64,000 bases of DNA from Lama guanicoe. Taxonomy: Eukaryota. The notes under the pieces were generated by a model, which was given only the letters and a program-made list of their open reading frames with translations, ran no database searches and was not told the origin of the DNA. Position numbers and translations under genes: made by a program. Positions 22,701 to 36,189 of the stretch are shown here, piece by piece. Position 1 is the stretch's first letter. Each line of letters opens with the position of its first letter. The stretch covers positions 498,001 through 562,000 of the forward strand of contig MU053933.1 of NCBI GenBank assembly GCA_013239625.1, written 5' to 3'.

Positions 22701-25474
22701 CTCAGGGGCCTGGCCTGCTCATGACAGAGGTCTGGCCACGTGCTCCCGAGGTGCAGACAGGAGCCGTGTCCTCCAGGAGACCTCGCAGCAGTGCGTTCCT
22801 CAACGGCAGTGTTGCCACCAAGCTGACCCTTGATTCTTCCTCGGAGCGGCGGGGCGGGGACCGCGCTGGCAGCCCAGGAGCCCGGGTGACCCGCTCTTCA
22901 GGTCTGCACAGACCTCTCACCCACTCCCCCCCTCCGCCCGGAAGTGGGCGGGTGCTGGGTGCAGGAGCGGTGCTCCCGGCCTGCAGGGTGGCCTCCCTTA
23001 CCGGCTGGCCTGCTGCTGGCTCCTGCTGTGAGGAGGGGATGGGGTGCGGCCTCAGGATCCAGGTGGCCGCCCCAGGCGTGTTCTCTGTCCCGCTCTGGCC
23101 CTGGGGCTTCCGGACCTCCGTCCTCAGAGGGTCTGAGCGCTGTACCCGCCTGGCGCTGACGGATGCCCCTCTGGGGGCTCGGATGTCCTGGAGGCTGCTG
23201 TGCACGGAAAGCCCCTTCACAACTACTGAAAATGTGACCTTATCATTTATTGAGGTTGCATTACTTAGAGACAATTATTTCCCCTAACTAAATCCCACTT
23301 ACAACTCTTTTTAATTTATTTTGCATTTATCTGGGGAGTTCTAACAATCGCTTTCATGTGGAACCTGGAGACTGAGTAACTCAAGTGACAGAAGTTCTTG
23401 TAACCAATCCTGTCCATTAAATCCCCCTGGGCATTTAAAACTGTACTTACAAATTGAATGTATTTTGATTTTCTTTCTAGGAAGCTTCAACCGTGAGGCC
23501 CATGTGCTTTAAAAAGATTCCAGTTTTTTTAGAAAACTCAGCGGCCCCCCAGCTACCCTCCCACCATCCCCAGATTCCTGCCCGCGTGGGCAGGTCCCAC
23601 ACAGGACACCTGTCTCAGCTCACAGACCTCAGGGCCTTACTCCCCGACCTTTCCCGTTTATCCAGCAGTGACTCAAACCTCAGTTGGTAACTGAGTCTAG
23701 AAACTTGGAGGGACTCGGGGTCTAACGAACGCTGCGATCCTGTTCACACACTCAGTCCATTTCTCTTACCTCTCAGCTTTGATGCGCGAGTCCGGAAGGA
23801 GCAGTAAGTTTTAAACCAGTATCATCAATTCTTTGGGATAAACCGGGAAAAGCTATGTTGTGGGAGCCTTAAATATGCCTCACTGTCTTCAACGCTGTAA
23901 ACCTGGAAGCACACAGACTCTTCCTGAACATGACAGGGAAGGATGAATAGAGTGAGTCTGATTTATTCTGTCATCTGCATGTGATTCTGAGCATTGCTGG
24001 AGCTCAGAGTCTCCTCTGCTTCAGAAACAGCTTCAGTTCCCCCAGCAAGAACAGGGGAGCCTCTCAAATTGGGGGGGGTGGTCTAGATTTGAGGCCGGGG
24101 ATTGTGACGTTTGGACGGTTCTATCAGGCCACTGACGAGACCTTTGCTAAGAGCTGCCCTGACACCTGCGGAGGAGCCGGTCTCCCAGGCTGAGCCCTGG
24201 GTTCACCCGGATCATCTTCCATCCTCCCGTCTGGTCAGTCTGTGCTCCCCTCCGGGGGCTCCGTCAATGATCAGATTCAACTCTCTGCTTCTTCCCTGAC
24301 CCAATTCTCAATCCGTTTCAAGCTGTCCCGTCTGGAGGGGCCACAGCTCCCGCAGCCGGTCTCTCTGTGGTCCCGGGTCTCCGCCTGGCTCCGCGGTCCC
24401 TGCGTGAGCATTGGGTGAACAAGGCTGCCTGGTCCTCCCCTGTCTTTGCGTCTGTCCCGCTGTCACCCTGGGCCAATCTCTGCTTCTGGAAAGAACCCTG
24501 GCCTGTTCTACATGAAAGCTCGAGCCCTCAGCCCCACGTGAACACGGGAAGCGTGCGGGCCTGCGGGCTCTTCAGACCGTTACGTGTGTTTTGCCCCGCG
24601 GTCCTCACGAGGGCCGGGTGGCAGCGGTGTGTTCCCAGTCTCCTAGGTGAGGAGGCAGACGCCGCGGCACTACGAGGGGGCCTGTCAGGGGCGCGTGACT
24701 AGTGCCCCCCGCGCTTGGGCACAGCAGCTGGCCTTCACAGGTGGCACGCCTCGTCTCAGGTGCTGTGTGAGCTCCCTCACGTCCCCAGTGGCGCTGCTGG
24801 GCAGAGCGGTACTGTCGCCCTCCCCCAGGTGGCGCAGACGAGGTTAAGTGCCCCGGTGAGCAGCGGTGACGGCTGCCAGGCTTGCTGACTGGGATCGCGG
24901 ACGTGGGCGTAGACACCGCCTCCCACGCCAACCCTTACACGCTGGGCACCGGACCCCGCACTTCACGTAGACTGCGCCGTTTTGTCTACCCTCTGAGGCG
25001 GGGACGATGCCCCTCATCATTCAGGTGGAGACACTGCGCCCAGAGAGAGGCAGGATCTGGGAGGCCCATGGCTGGGAGGGGGCGGGCAGGCTTCCAAGTC
25101 TGCACACGTGCCTGTGGGGCCGACCACCAGGGCCGGCTTCCAGGTGGGAACCCGGCCGTGGGAGCAAGACCCCGGCTGGCCTCAGGACCAGCATCCGACG
25201 GCTCTGGACTGTCCTAAACCCTGCGACAAGCAGGCCAGCGCCCTCCCATGGGACTCCCCTGGGGCCTGGAGCTGGGCCTGACCTGCTGCGGCCTCCAGTC
25301 TCAGTGGCAGGGAAAGGAGGTCGTGGACCGGGACCCAGGCTGTCATCTTCCTCCCCTTCACAGCTGCCTGCCCGTCCCTCTGCCATGAGAATGTCAGAAG
25401 GTCCCTTTCTCCCGAAAAGGGCAAGAATCATCTTAATCCTGCTCCCGTGGAGATACCAGTTGGGGATTTTTAGG

Positions 25475-25930
25475 GAGAAGGATGTGTCAGGGGTCCCCAA
25501 GACCACCTTTAGTTTTGATGATCCTTTAAAAAGACCCACAGGACACAGAGGTTATAGTTTATTGTAGCGAAAGGACACAGATGAAAATCAGCAAAGGAAA
25601 GGACGCCTGGGAGGGTCCAGGAGAGAGCAGGCTGCGCTGCCGCCGTCCTGCCCCAGGGGCGATGTGCAGACGCTGCTGATAGCCCAGCACCGGCGTGCGA
25701 CAACACGTGAGGGGGCTCTCGTGGACACGGGTCACCTGCGTGGCTGACCTACTCAGACCCCAGTCCTCCCGGGTCAAACTGATGTACGCAGCCCATAGAT
25801 CACAGCTCTAACACAGATACCAGGCAGGGTCCAGGCTGCGGGTGCCCAGACACTCTTAAGAGGTAGACGCCCCCAGGAAGGGGAAGGGCCATCACCCCAA
25901 CCCCGCTGAGTTAACCCTCCACTGCCCAGA
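25475..25930. mobile_element. ERVL-type LTR (MER77/MER21C-like)
   Basis: tgtcaggggtccccaagaccacc…ttgatgat…tttattgtagcgaaaggacacagatgaaaatcagcaaagg motif. Confidence 0.65.
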
Positions 25931-26931
25931 GGCTGGGGGTGCAGAGGGAGCAGGTGTCTGAAGACACCTGTGGGCGCCTCTGGGTGCTGAATCTTGCTAA
26001 CGAGATACCCGGGCTGCCGGGAGGCTGGCGTCTCTCTGCCTCCAGCCCTGATTTCCTTATGGAGCAGGGAAGTCACCCCAGGACCCGGGCAGAGCTGAGC
26101 TAAGGGGGTGGGGGCTTCAGCTCAGAGGCTCCTGACCCCGGCCGTGTGCATTAGCCAGCGCCGGCCGGAGGCGGTAACGAGAGCGTGCAGACGTTTTTAC
26201 ACGTGCACGTCTCTCGAAGTGTTTGCAGACATTCTTCTGAGCGCGGCAGGATCGCCGTCAGCGCAACAAAGTGAACGCGCTGGTGCCCACGGGCTTGGTG
26301 TCTCAGCTCAGGGCAGGGACACCCTCGGAGGCCTGGGGCTTAACACCTTTGGCCTGGGGTTGGCTCCAGGTGAAACCGATCAAACTGAACGCCTTCACAG
26401 TGTTTCTTGTCACCTGCAGGGCGTCTGTCCCCATTTCACAGCCTCAGGACCCCAGGCCAGGCCGGTCCCCCCAAGGCCACGCCCGGCCCCCCGGGTCCCA
26501 GCTTTGCCCACCCGGGGCTGGAGCCCTGCCCACGCGGCCTGCCCACGGCACGGCCAGCTCCCTTCCCCGGGGCCCGAACGATGATCGGTTTGCGCTTCTT
26601 TTTCATAAAGTTGTTGCCAGGAAGCCCAAGTATTGCACAGCTGGCCAGCTAACTCCAGTTGTCTCTCTGTGGATTTTGTGATGATAGAAAAAAAAAATAG
26701 AGCAGGAAAAACAACAACAAAACCCCAAGGAACTAAGAAGGAAAGAAAATACAATGGGTGTGCGGAGTTTTCAATGGAAAATTACCCCCAAGTTATCAAG
26801 AACACGCGGCTCCCCAAGTTTTGGAGCAGCGATGACCACCACCAGCGAACGTTATGACTGGTTCTCGGCACGTTTGCACGCCGGCTGGGGTAAGAGGGGA
26901 TAGCACCGCACGGCGGCTCCGAGCTCGGGTG

Positions 26932-27003
26932 CTGCATCTGTATCAGGGTGCAGTGTTGAGGTCTCTGCATCTATATTAGGGTGCAGTGTTGACTTCTCTG
27001 CAC
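26932..27003 (+). repeat. 33-bp tandem repeat, ~2.2 copies
   Basis: ctgcatct(g/a)tat(c/t)agggtgcagtgttga.. at 26932 and 26965, partial at 26998. Confidence 0.85.
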
Positions 27004-29924
27004 CCTGTAACGGGAGGTGGATGTGGGAGTGCCTTAAGCAATGGGGGGCAGAGAAGCCAGGGGATGGGGAACACACAACAGAGGGCCCAGGAGGGAACGT
27101 CCCCCCAACCCCGATAGACAGAGACCCCGTTCCTGGGAGGAGAGACGGGCCAGGGCACGGCCAGCAGCTGGTCCGAGGGTTCAGGTCCGGGCATGCGCGC
27201 AGCGTTGGAGGGAGCTTAGCTGGGGTTGGCAGCGTTAGAAGAAACATTCTGTGAAAACTCTCAGAATATTTGGAAAATCCAGACAAGACCCCATGGTCTC
27301 CATCCTATGGCTTTTGCCCTCCTCATCCAGTGCAGCCCAGGAAGTTCTGAGGCCTCAGATGAGCAAATGGAGGGGGAGGCAAGAGGCTGGGCGTCAGGAG
27401 GCTGCAGCCACGGGGGCCACGCTGAGAGAAGGCCAGCCTGGCCAGTGCCCACCATGAGCGACCCTTGGGCAGTGGGGTCTGCGGGAGGCACCGGCAGCCT
27501 CTCTTGCTCTGAAGCCCTGATGCAGGCCCTGGAGAGAGCATGAACCTGAGCCACAGTGCAGGGCAGGGAGCCTGGCTATGCTGCAGGCGGGCAGGCAGGT
27601 CAGTGGCAGGAGCCTTTCCTGGGGTGGGTCTGGGGGTGGGGACACGCCGGTGGCACCTGAGCCGGGCTCCTTGGGAAGGGCCCGGCCAGGCTTCATCTGC
27701 GAGAGGGCTGGTACGTGCGGTGACGCGGGGGCGTCCTGAGCTCACCTTGATCCGCAGAAGGGTCTTCCCAAACGCTCACAAGCGCTGGAACCACCTGGGG
27801 AGGGGTGGAGGCGGGACTGTAATGCTCTGGGTCCACACCCGCGGGGCTTCTGATCTGATAAATGGGAAGTAGCCTCACCTGTATCCTTGCTTCTTCCGGG
27901 CACCTGGTGCCCGCCCCACCAAGTACTCTAAGCGCTGCTGGAATCTGCAGATTTCTCACGGCAAGATGGACCCGCATTGCTCCGACTGGCACAGGTCAGT
28001 AGGGGAGGGCTACCAAGGACAGGGACTGGGCCCGTCCCCGAGGCCCTGGTCCTCAGACTGGACTTCACAGGGCGCCACGAGTCCGTCGTGGAGTCGCTGA
28101 TGGAGTCAGTGCTCGCTGGGCACCTGCGACGTTCGGAGCAGAGACAGATGTTTGAGGGGAGAGAGGACCGAGCCCCCGGCCTGGCCCTGAGGACTTATGA
28201 CTCACTGCACAGGAGGAACCAGGACTCAGTCAGGAGGGGATCAGTGCCAGGGATGGAGGCTGGGGGCAGGGAGGTGGCGGCTGTGCGGCCCAGGGGTGAG
28301 CCTGTCCCTGCAGGCCAGGAGGAACCTGTGTCCTGGCACTCGCCCTGCCGGGGGCCCCTCTGCCTGGCCACCTGCCCTGCCCAGGTCTGCCCTGAGGACC
28401 TTCGAGTCTCCGGACTTCCTCTCTCCCTGGCCCCCCACGTGCATTCAGGGCACAGTGAGGACTGGGCCACGAGGGCCCTCTCAGGCGGGCCTGTGATCAG
28501 GGTCCACGTCCTGCGGCAGAGGGAAGGGACAGGCTTCCCCCCTCCCGGCGGGGAGCTCCTGTCCCCGCGCCAGGGCTGAAGAGATGGGAGGTCAAGGGCA
28601 TCTCTGTGGTTCTGGATGACACGGACCCTCGCCTGGGTCCCTGAACACACCTGAGACCCTGTCCAAATGTTAGCCAGTCCGGAAACTCTGGTGGTGCTGC
28701 CCGGCCCTTGGCAGGGCAGGGTCCGACCTCCGCACAGAACCGTTCAGGTGGCCTCTCCAAGCAAACATCCTCTGGGGAAAGCCACTCCCGACGGGGTGGG
28801 AGAGACAGCCAGCACCCTGCTCCTCTCACTCGGGGTCTCAGGTCTCCCCCACCATCCTCCCTCCCCCCAGATCTGGAGATGGGGGGCAGCAGGTGACCCC
28901 CGCCAGGGTGAAGGGGAGGAAGGCTAGGAGGCACAGGCAGGAAGGGGAGCCTGACACCCCAGAAGCTTACCCCCAGTCCCTGCTTTGTCCCTGGTCCGCC
29001 CTGAGGCAGCAAGCCCGTCCTGTGGATTTTCCCGGACTCTGAGGCCTGCCCGTAGAAGCTGGGAGGACTCCGACTTGGTCGGGACTAGACGGTCTGTTGA
29101 GGCAGTGTGTGGGGGCACCTCGGAAACACGAAACAGCCGTCTCAGTTTCTAATCTTTATCCCTCATTCTCTCAGCAGGTGCTTTTGTCCACGTCCCAGCT
29201 CTGCCAGCATCCATACCTGCCCTGCCTCCCCCACCTGCTCTCAGGTGAGAACACGCAAGAGGTGGAGGCGGGCAGGCACCTTGCTGTCAGCTGGGCACCT
29301 GAGATGTGAACTTGGAGGCTGGGGGTGGGGGTGGGGCTGATAATCCCCTCCCTCCCCCCGCCAGCGTCCAGCTGTGGCCAAGAAAAGGGGCATTCTCTGC
29401 TTTGCTGATCTGTTTGAAGGACATGTCGCCCAAAGATGGCTTTCTCCCAAGTCATTAAAGGACAAAGGCAAACAAACACATCCTGGGCCTTGCTGGCCGG
29501 AGGCCACGCATCTGTCAGGACCCGGGCAGATTCTGCAGCTGCGTCTGTTGGGACACGGTGCCCAGCAGCCCTTGTCCAGGGCACGCAGGCCAGCTTTCAA
29601 CCGCTGCTGTTTCTGGAAAAGGAGAACCCAGTCTTCCCAGGGAGGCTGGCTTAGTGAGGACACGACCCTTTCTGCCTCTGGTTTCTGCAGCAGAAAAGAC
29701 AACTGTCACTCACGGCAGGCAGAGCATCCCCCGCACTAAGCCCTTTGTGTCCAGGATCTTGTTTAATCCTCATCACGACCCAACACGATCAGTACTGCTG
29801 TCCTGAGTCCTCTTTCAGAGGCTAAGTCCTGCCCAGGGCCCCCGGTGGGTCAGCCCCGACCCTCACCTGTGACCCAACCTGGCCGTTCACAGGGGTCACA
29901 GAATAGGAGCTAGAAACAGAGGGC

Positions 29925-30400
29925 TGCACACGAGTTTCCTGTGGCTGTAACACACTGTCACAAACAGCGTTAAAAACGACGAACTGACCATCCTCCGTGT
30001 CTGGGGCTTCGAAGTCTGACACGCGTCTCCCCGGACTCACACCAAGGTGTTGGCAGGACTGGTCCCTCCTGAGGCTCCAAGGGAGACTTTGTCTCTTGCC
30101 TTTTCCGGCTTCCAGGGGCGCCCTGGGCTCCGGGCTTGGGCCCTCCCTCCACCTTCAAGGACAGACGGCAGGGTCTTCACATCACTGAGCATCTCTGCCA
30201 CCTCCCGTTGCCACGTTCAAGGACCCTAGTGATTGCTCCGGGCCCGCCCGGACAGTCCAGAGTAGTCTCCCTGTTTTAAGGCCAGCTGATTAGCAACTTC
30301 AGTTCCATCTGCTACCCTCAACTCCTTCACCATGTGAAGTAATGCAGTCCCGGGCTCCAGGATGAGGACCCGGAGAGATGCCTCAGCGCCGTGTCCTTCA
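29925..30400 (-). mobile_element. MaLR LTR (MLT1D-like)
   Basis: gtttcctgtggctgtaaca…caaggtgttggcaggactgg…ttttaaggccagctgattagcaactt…ccatgtgaagtaa. Confidence 0.8.
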
Positions 30401-30464
30401 CAGCCACCTTCCCCTCCGTAGCCGGGACTGGCCGTCCCTCCAAGGCCCAGTCTCTACCTGGGGT

Positions 30465-31200
30465 GGGGGTGGTGCTGGGCTGGCTTAGACTGGCTTGTGA
30501 GAGCTGAGTGTTAAACAGCTGCTATTAATACTCTATAGAAATGTACAGTTAAATAAATGATATTAACACAGAGATAACAAATGCTCCAAGCCTGTCACTT
30601 CCTAATTACTTGACTGCATGTCACAGTCACCTCTGTTCTCTCGGTCCTTTGCCTCTACTGCATCTGAGAGGCAGAAACCCTAGCTCACACGCCCTCTACG
30701 CTTCTCTTCCCAACTGTATTCAGCGGCATCACGGTGGCAGCTTCAAATTAGCCGTGGGAATGTTGACATCGCGGAGTTCAGCAAATGCTATAAATCAGGG
30801 CTCGGTGTGTTTTTTGCTGCTGATTGTTTAGTCTTTAGAAAGTGGTGGAGAAACTATTAATCATGCAGACTGACTTCAGAGTGTGTTGTGTTTGTAACCG
30901 TGGTGTTGTGTTTGTAACTTTGATGTTGTGAATAGCACAAAAAACTGTCTGATTGTGATTGAACCACAGCTATAGACTGGCTACAAATACAAGAGTTCGG
31001 CAAAAATCAACAAAAGCATTCAGCTGGGGAGAGGGACCTTACAGTAAAAAGCGCCGTGTCTTCCATCGTTACTTGTAAGCTGCGCACGAAACCTCCCTTA
31101 CGTGAGCAGAGCGGGGAATAAACTGACGTGCACACACATATAAATGCGCCTGCTGCTTCTGCAGAGGGCTGGTTACTCACCTCTTACCAGCACATCCCTG
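30465..31200 (+). mobile_element. MER63 (hAT-Blackjack) non-autonomous DNA transposon
   Basis: gtgctgggctggcttagactggcttgtgagagc start, tcacttcctaatta, caagagttcggcaaaaatcaac and a terminal ttaccagcacatccctg. Contains an internal 21-bp duplication near 30880-30920. Confidence 0.78.
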
Positions 31201-34200
31201 CCTGCCCCTCCTGCCCCCGCCTCACCTCCCAGAATCCTGGGCCCCGTGGTCTTGCGCTCTGAGCCTCTCACATTTTCCAGAATCCTCCCTGCTGGACACA
31301 TGCTATTTGCTCAGTGTGGCCTGACCCCTCCCATGCCACTGCTGGCCCACTGCCCGCTGGCCCTGCTGGTCCTGCTGGCCCTTCAGGCCCTGCACAGGAG
31401 CCACGTCCCGCGGGAGGCTGTCCGGGCCTGGGCTGGGTGGAGGGCCGGTGCTGTGTGCTGACTGCCCCTGCTTCTCCCGTCTCAGCTCACATCACCCACC
31501 AACCCAGCCCTGGAGCCAGACTCACCTCTCTGTCTTGGCCTCTGAGCCCAGAACAGTTCTGACATGGCAGGTGCTCAACACGCACCCATCGGTGGAACAG
31601 CAGCACATCCACGTATGGAGTGGGGCTTGTGCTCAACGGGGGAGGACTCGGAGTCTCTCCCAGGACACAGGAGGAGGTAGAAGAGGGAACAGGGATCCCT
31701 GGTGCAGACACGGTCATGAAAGGAGCTGGTTCTTAGCAGACAGGGTCTTCTGCGTATGTTGGGGAGGATGAGGGGACGGAGTCCCACCCCATCCCCTGTG
31801 TCATCCCCCAAACCCTATCCTTCCTCAACCTGCTGACATCCCTGACAAAGGGCTTCTTTACGCAGATCCACAGAGGACGCGGATCCCAGGGCTTAGGGCA
31901 GGCTAGCATCCTCCCAGGGGATCCCGGGAGCCGAGAGCCTGGCCAGGTGAGCTCAGAGGATCAACCGGAGCAAAGTGAGGCAGTTAAAGGGGAGAAAGCT
32001 CCCCAGAGCCCCTTGTGCCACCATCCTGGAGGCTGTCCAGGTGGGCGGGCCCCTCCTGGGCCCCTCCCTGCCCCCACCAGTGGCAGGAGGAGATGAAGGC
32101 AGCAAGGCCTTCAGGTGGAGGTGGGGGAGACACCAGATGGGATCCCAGGAGAGACGCTAAGTCAGGTGGCAGTGACCCGGCGGGACTGGATGCCAGGTGC
32201 TGGCTGGGCCCCTTCCTTCCATGCAAGCCCACCTGGATGACTCTCAGGATCGCCATTTTACAGATGGGAGACTGAGGTTTGTCCCTGGTGAATGTCAACC
32301 CCAGAATGGCCTCATAGACCCAAGCTCTGAGCCCACCGCAAAAGACTCCCTGACCGTAGTCTTAGAATACTTGATGCTGTTGGCAAGTTACCCGCCTGGC
32401 GTGAGGCTGGAGGCTCCTTACGGCGCCCGTGGGGGGCTCTTCTCCAGTCCTGCCCAACCCCAGGTAGAGGTACCCACCTAGGAAGGAGGGGCAGGGAGCA
32501 GGACCACCGGGTCCCCGAGGCCCCTCCTAGCCGTGGGCCTCCCTGCCCTCCATCCTCACATCAGGACACACCTGTGCGATGCCGGCCCAGCAGCGAGGCA
32601 GGTGGTGCGTGAGGTGCCTGATAAAGGGCAGACCTGCTGGTCACAGGCATGGAGCCTCAGCACCAGCGCGCTCTGCCTGGCTGCGGGGTCCTCCCGCGTT
32701 CCCGCTCAGTCCCCGGGACCGGGCAGGGTTACTACGGCCACAACGCGCTACGTTCTCTTAGGATCCAAAGAAATTCAGGGCAGTGACTAGGGGCGAACGT
32801 GCTCTGGGAGCAGCTCTGTCTGCAGCAGGGCCAGAGTTTTCACTGACTTTGCAAACACAACTAGCTTTGCTTCCAGCCAGAGAGGTGACGGACTTGAGAT
32901 AACCACAAGGCCCCGGCAAGGGTTCCCCGTCCTTGTTTATCCTACCCCAGCTGGCCACACGTCACACACACAGGCGCGCACACCAGCCCCAGCGGCCAGG
33001 ACATGTCAGTTTAACTGCCACCTCCCTCGCACAGGGCCGCTCCTGTTGGCGTAAACACCTCCAAACATCACCCCTTTGAGTTTTCAAGATATTTGCGGTT
33101 GTAACACCCTCCCTCCACCAGTCTCTGGGGGAAGGGCGCTATTACCCCGTTTGTTTTTCAGATGAAAAAATGAAGACTGAGGAGGGGACAGGGTGGGGAG
33201 AAGAGATGGAGGGAGGGGCAGGGAGGGCAAAGATGGGGGGGAGGAGGAGTGGGGGAGGGGCGGGAAAGGGGATGTCTCAGCGAAGGTGGAGCAGAGGAGA
33301 CTTGAGCCGAGGGAGGCAGGTCCAGGAGGCTGGGTTAGAGTGAGGACCCTCAGGCAGGGGGACTGAGCCTTAGGGAGTCTGGCAGTGAAAGAGGAAGGAG
33401 AAACCAGCTACCAGAGATACTCCTGGTTTAAAGGCAGGTTTTATTGCAGCCTGCAGGGCCAGGGCGAGGAGCAGGTTTGCGGTGGGGAGCGGGGAGGAGG
33501 GGAGGGGAGAGGCGCTGAGGGGTAGTGGAGGCGATGGGGCGATTCCTGGGTGGTGGCAGGAGCAGGGGCCCTGCCAGCTTCAGAACAGAGAGGCCAGGGG
33601 GCGGGGGAGAAGGAGGAACAAGGGAGAAACGGAGGTGCCAGCTGGATGAGGGGAAGCCAGGTGTGCAGACGTGCCCGTGGCCCCGGTCCCAGCGCAGGAG
33701 ATGAGAGGTCACAGCTCAGAGAGGGGCTGGGCAGTGTTGCAGGTCGTGAATGATGGAGGACAGGGACCTCCTGTTATTTAGAAAAGCGTTTCTATTTTGA
33801 GATAGTTGTAGGCGCCCTTGCAGCTGTGAGGAATCGTCCAGAAAGATCCTGTGCATGCCCATCCCCTTCCCCGATGCCAGCCTCTAGTCCTCTGCCAGCC
33901 GCCTCCCCGCCCTGCCTCTCCTCCTGTGGCCATGCCCTGCCTTCTGGTCCTTGGCTTCTGAGCCATCTTTTTCCTAACAGAAAACCTGGCCACTGCTCCC
34001 CTGGGGGCACTCCTGATGGCCAGCTCTCGTGTTTGTTGTGGGCCCCTGGGTACCAGGACGGAGCTGGCAATCAGCCAGGCCAGCCAGGACGTGGAGACTC
34101 ACGGACCTAGTGGAACAGCCAAAGAATAAAGCGCAGAAAGGGCAGCCTCCAGGCAGCCCCAGGCGTCTGGCGCCCGCACCTCCGTCATGCTGGTCAGGGT

Positions 34201-35697
34201 CCCAGGCTCCAGGGCCCCACTGGCCTGATCTGTGTCCAAGCCCCAGCCAGCACTCCACGATGGACGGCCTCTAGGCCTGCACACAGCAGGCAGCGGTCAC
34301 GGGCAGCCCTCCGAAGGCAAGGAGACGTGGCCAGAGGAGGGAAAGAGCCTGGCTGGCTCAGCTCCCAAGACCTCGGTTTAGTGTCGAGCAGAAACACAGG
34401 TGAGCCCAGAGGCCACTGGCCGTGACACTCAGATGAGACCCTTGGGTGAAGAGGCGGTGGACACGTGTTTTCATGTGGGATGGACGCCGTCTGATGTTGT
34501 GCGACAAGCAGGAAAGTGCACAGATTGAGAATAAAAAAGAACTCTGGCTCCCTGGGATTGAACTTGAGATGAAACCCACACTCAGCCTGCGTCTTGCTGC
34601 AAAGCAGAGCCCCTCCCAGCAGGAAGCTTCCCCGGGAGACTCTGTTTAAACTACGATGGTCTATGTCATCTCACTTCTAACCCGGAGACTTATGACTGTC
34701 TTACTCATTCGTGCTGAGAAACTGTATTTACTCATATTTCGTTCATTATTGAAAATTGGATTTACTCACCAACCTTATCATTTCTAACCTACAGACTCCC
34801 ATGTTTTAACAACTCACGCAGCAACACAAAAAGAGGTTTTAGATGTTCTCTGAGTGAGGAAAACAGTCTTTCTTCTTCCCTTAAAAAAGTGCAGTAAAAT
34901 GTCAACAGTGGTTAGAGCTGATACCCTTTCAAAACGCACTGTAAGTCTTCTGGTTTAAAACCAGTGGTCCGAGGCAGCGTCCCCTCTGCCCCCCGAGAAG
35001 AGCCAGGAAGGACAAGAGAAAAGAGGGCAGAAGTCCAGAGTCCATCTCTACTGAAACACACGTGGTGGAGGCGAGACCTCGCACAGGGCCGGGAGGGGAG
35101 GTCCGTGCGCAGGCGCAGTTCTGAGAAGCTGCACGTGGGGGGCTGAGTGAGGGGTCCCCTGGCAACCCACACTGCTAGGGGGCTGCGTGTGGGTGTCCCA
35201 TCTTCTTATTATAAAAAAAGAAAAAATAACCTACACAAGTACAAGAGAACTAGGATCAAACACATGTCAGATAATTAAATATAAATGGAATAAATTTAAA
35301 AATTAAAACCCCAATTCTGTGCCCGATCCAAGAGGCTCTCCTGAACCCAGAGGTTCAGACACAGGGACAGATAGGCTACGTCAGGTGAGACGGAGTTTAG
35401 GTAGGTAAGCATTAAGCAAGACCAAGAAGGGCCTTTAAAATAACAAAGAATGCAATTCACAACCTACGTGTCCCAGTCATGAGCACAGGCACTACACAGG
35501 TTTCAGCACGTACAGAGTAAGACTCCTACAGGTGACACGGTGATGTGGACACAGGATCGCAGTGCTAGCAGGAGACTTAAGCACGTCACCATTTTTTCTT
35601 TTGTATTTTCCCCAATATTTTACTATGAAAAAGTTTTAAATACATAGAAAAGTTGAAAAAACTATACAATGAACATTTATATACCCACCCCTTAGGT

Positions 35698-36026
35698 CAG
35701 GGCTCTGCCACCTACAGTCTGCGGGTCAAATCTTACCACTGCTTGTTGTCACAGGACCTGCGAACTAAGAACAGCTTTATGTTTTTAAATGGCTGAAAAG
35801 CAATCAAAAGAAGAAAACGTATCTTGTGACATAGGAAAACTATGTGAAATTCAAAGGTCAGCGTCCCTCAGTAAAATTATATGGGGACACAAGCCTGTGT
35901 ATTCACCTCCATATTGCCTATGGCTGGTTTCTTGCACCAGTGGACACACTGAGTGTGTCCGTACAGCCCAGAAAGTCTAAAATACTCACTGTCTTCACCT
36001 TTACAGGGAAGGTTTACTGACCCCAG
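35698..36026 (+). mobile_element. MER58B (hAT-Charlie) MITE nested in old L1
   Basis: cagggc… and …ctgaccccag termini, with tttttaaatggctgaaaa…tcaaaagaagaa…tgaaattcaaa and aaaatactcactgtc…ctttacag internal motifs. Confidence 0.82.
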
Positions 36027-36189
36027 CCCCAGACTCTAAAATTAACATCTTTCTGTCATTGCTCCATCACACATCTGTGCATCCCTCTATCCAGTATTAA
36101 TGCAGACTGTTTTAAGTTGTAGACACCAGTACAGTTCACTGTTTAAATGCTTCAGCTGCATATCATTCATTAGAGTCCATTATTAGTTT

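Noticed and set aside
21762..23287. Long overlapping ORFs (257, 273, 345 and 190 aa)
   Set aside because: They are open on both strands in very GC-rich DNA, Pro/Gly/Ala/Arg-biased, with no recognisable domain or exon structure; expected by chance.
25745..25760. DR4-like LXR element TGACCT-actc-AGACCC
   Set aside because: One half-site is imperfect, it lies inside an old LTR, and there is no other support.
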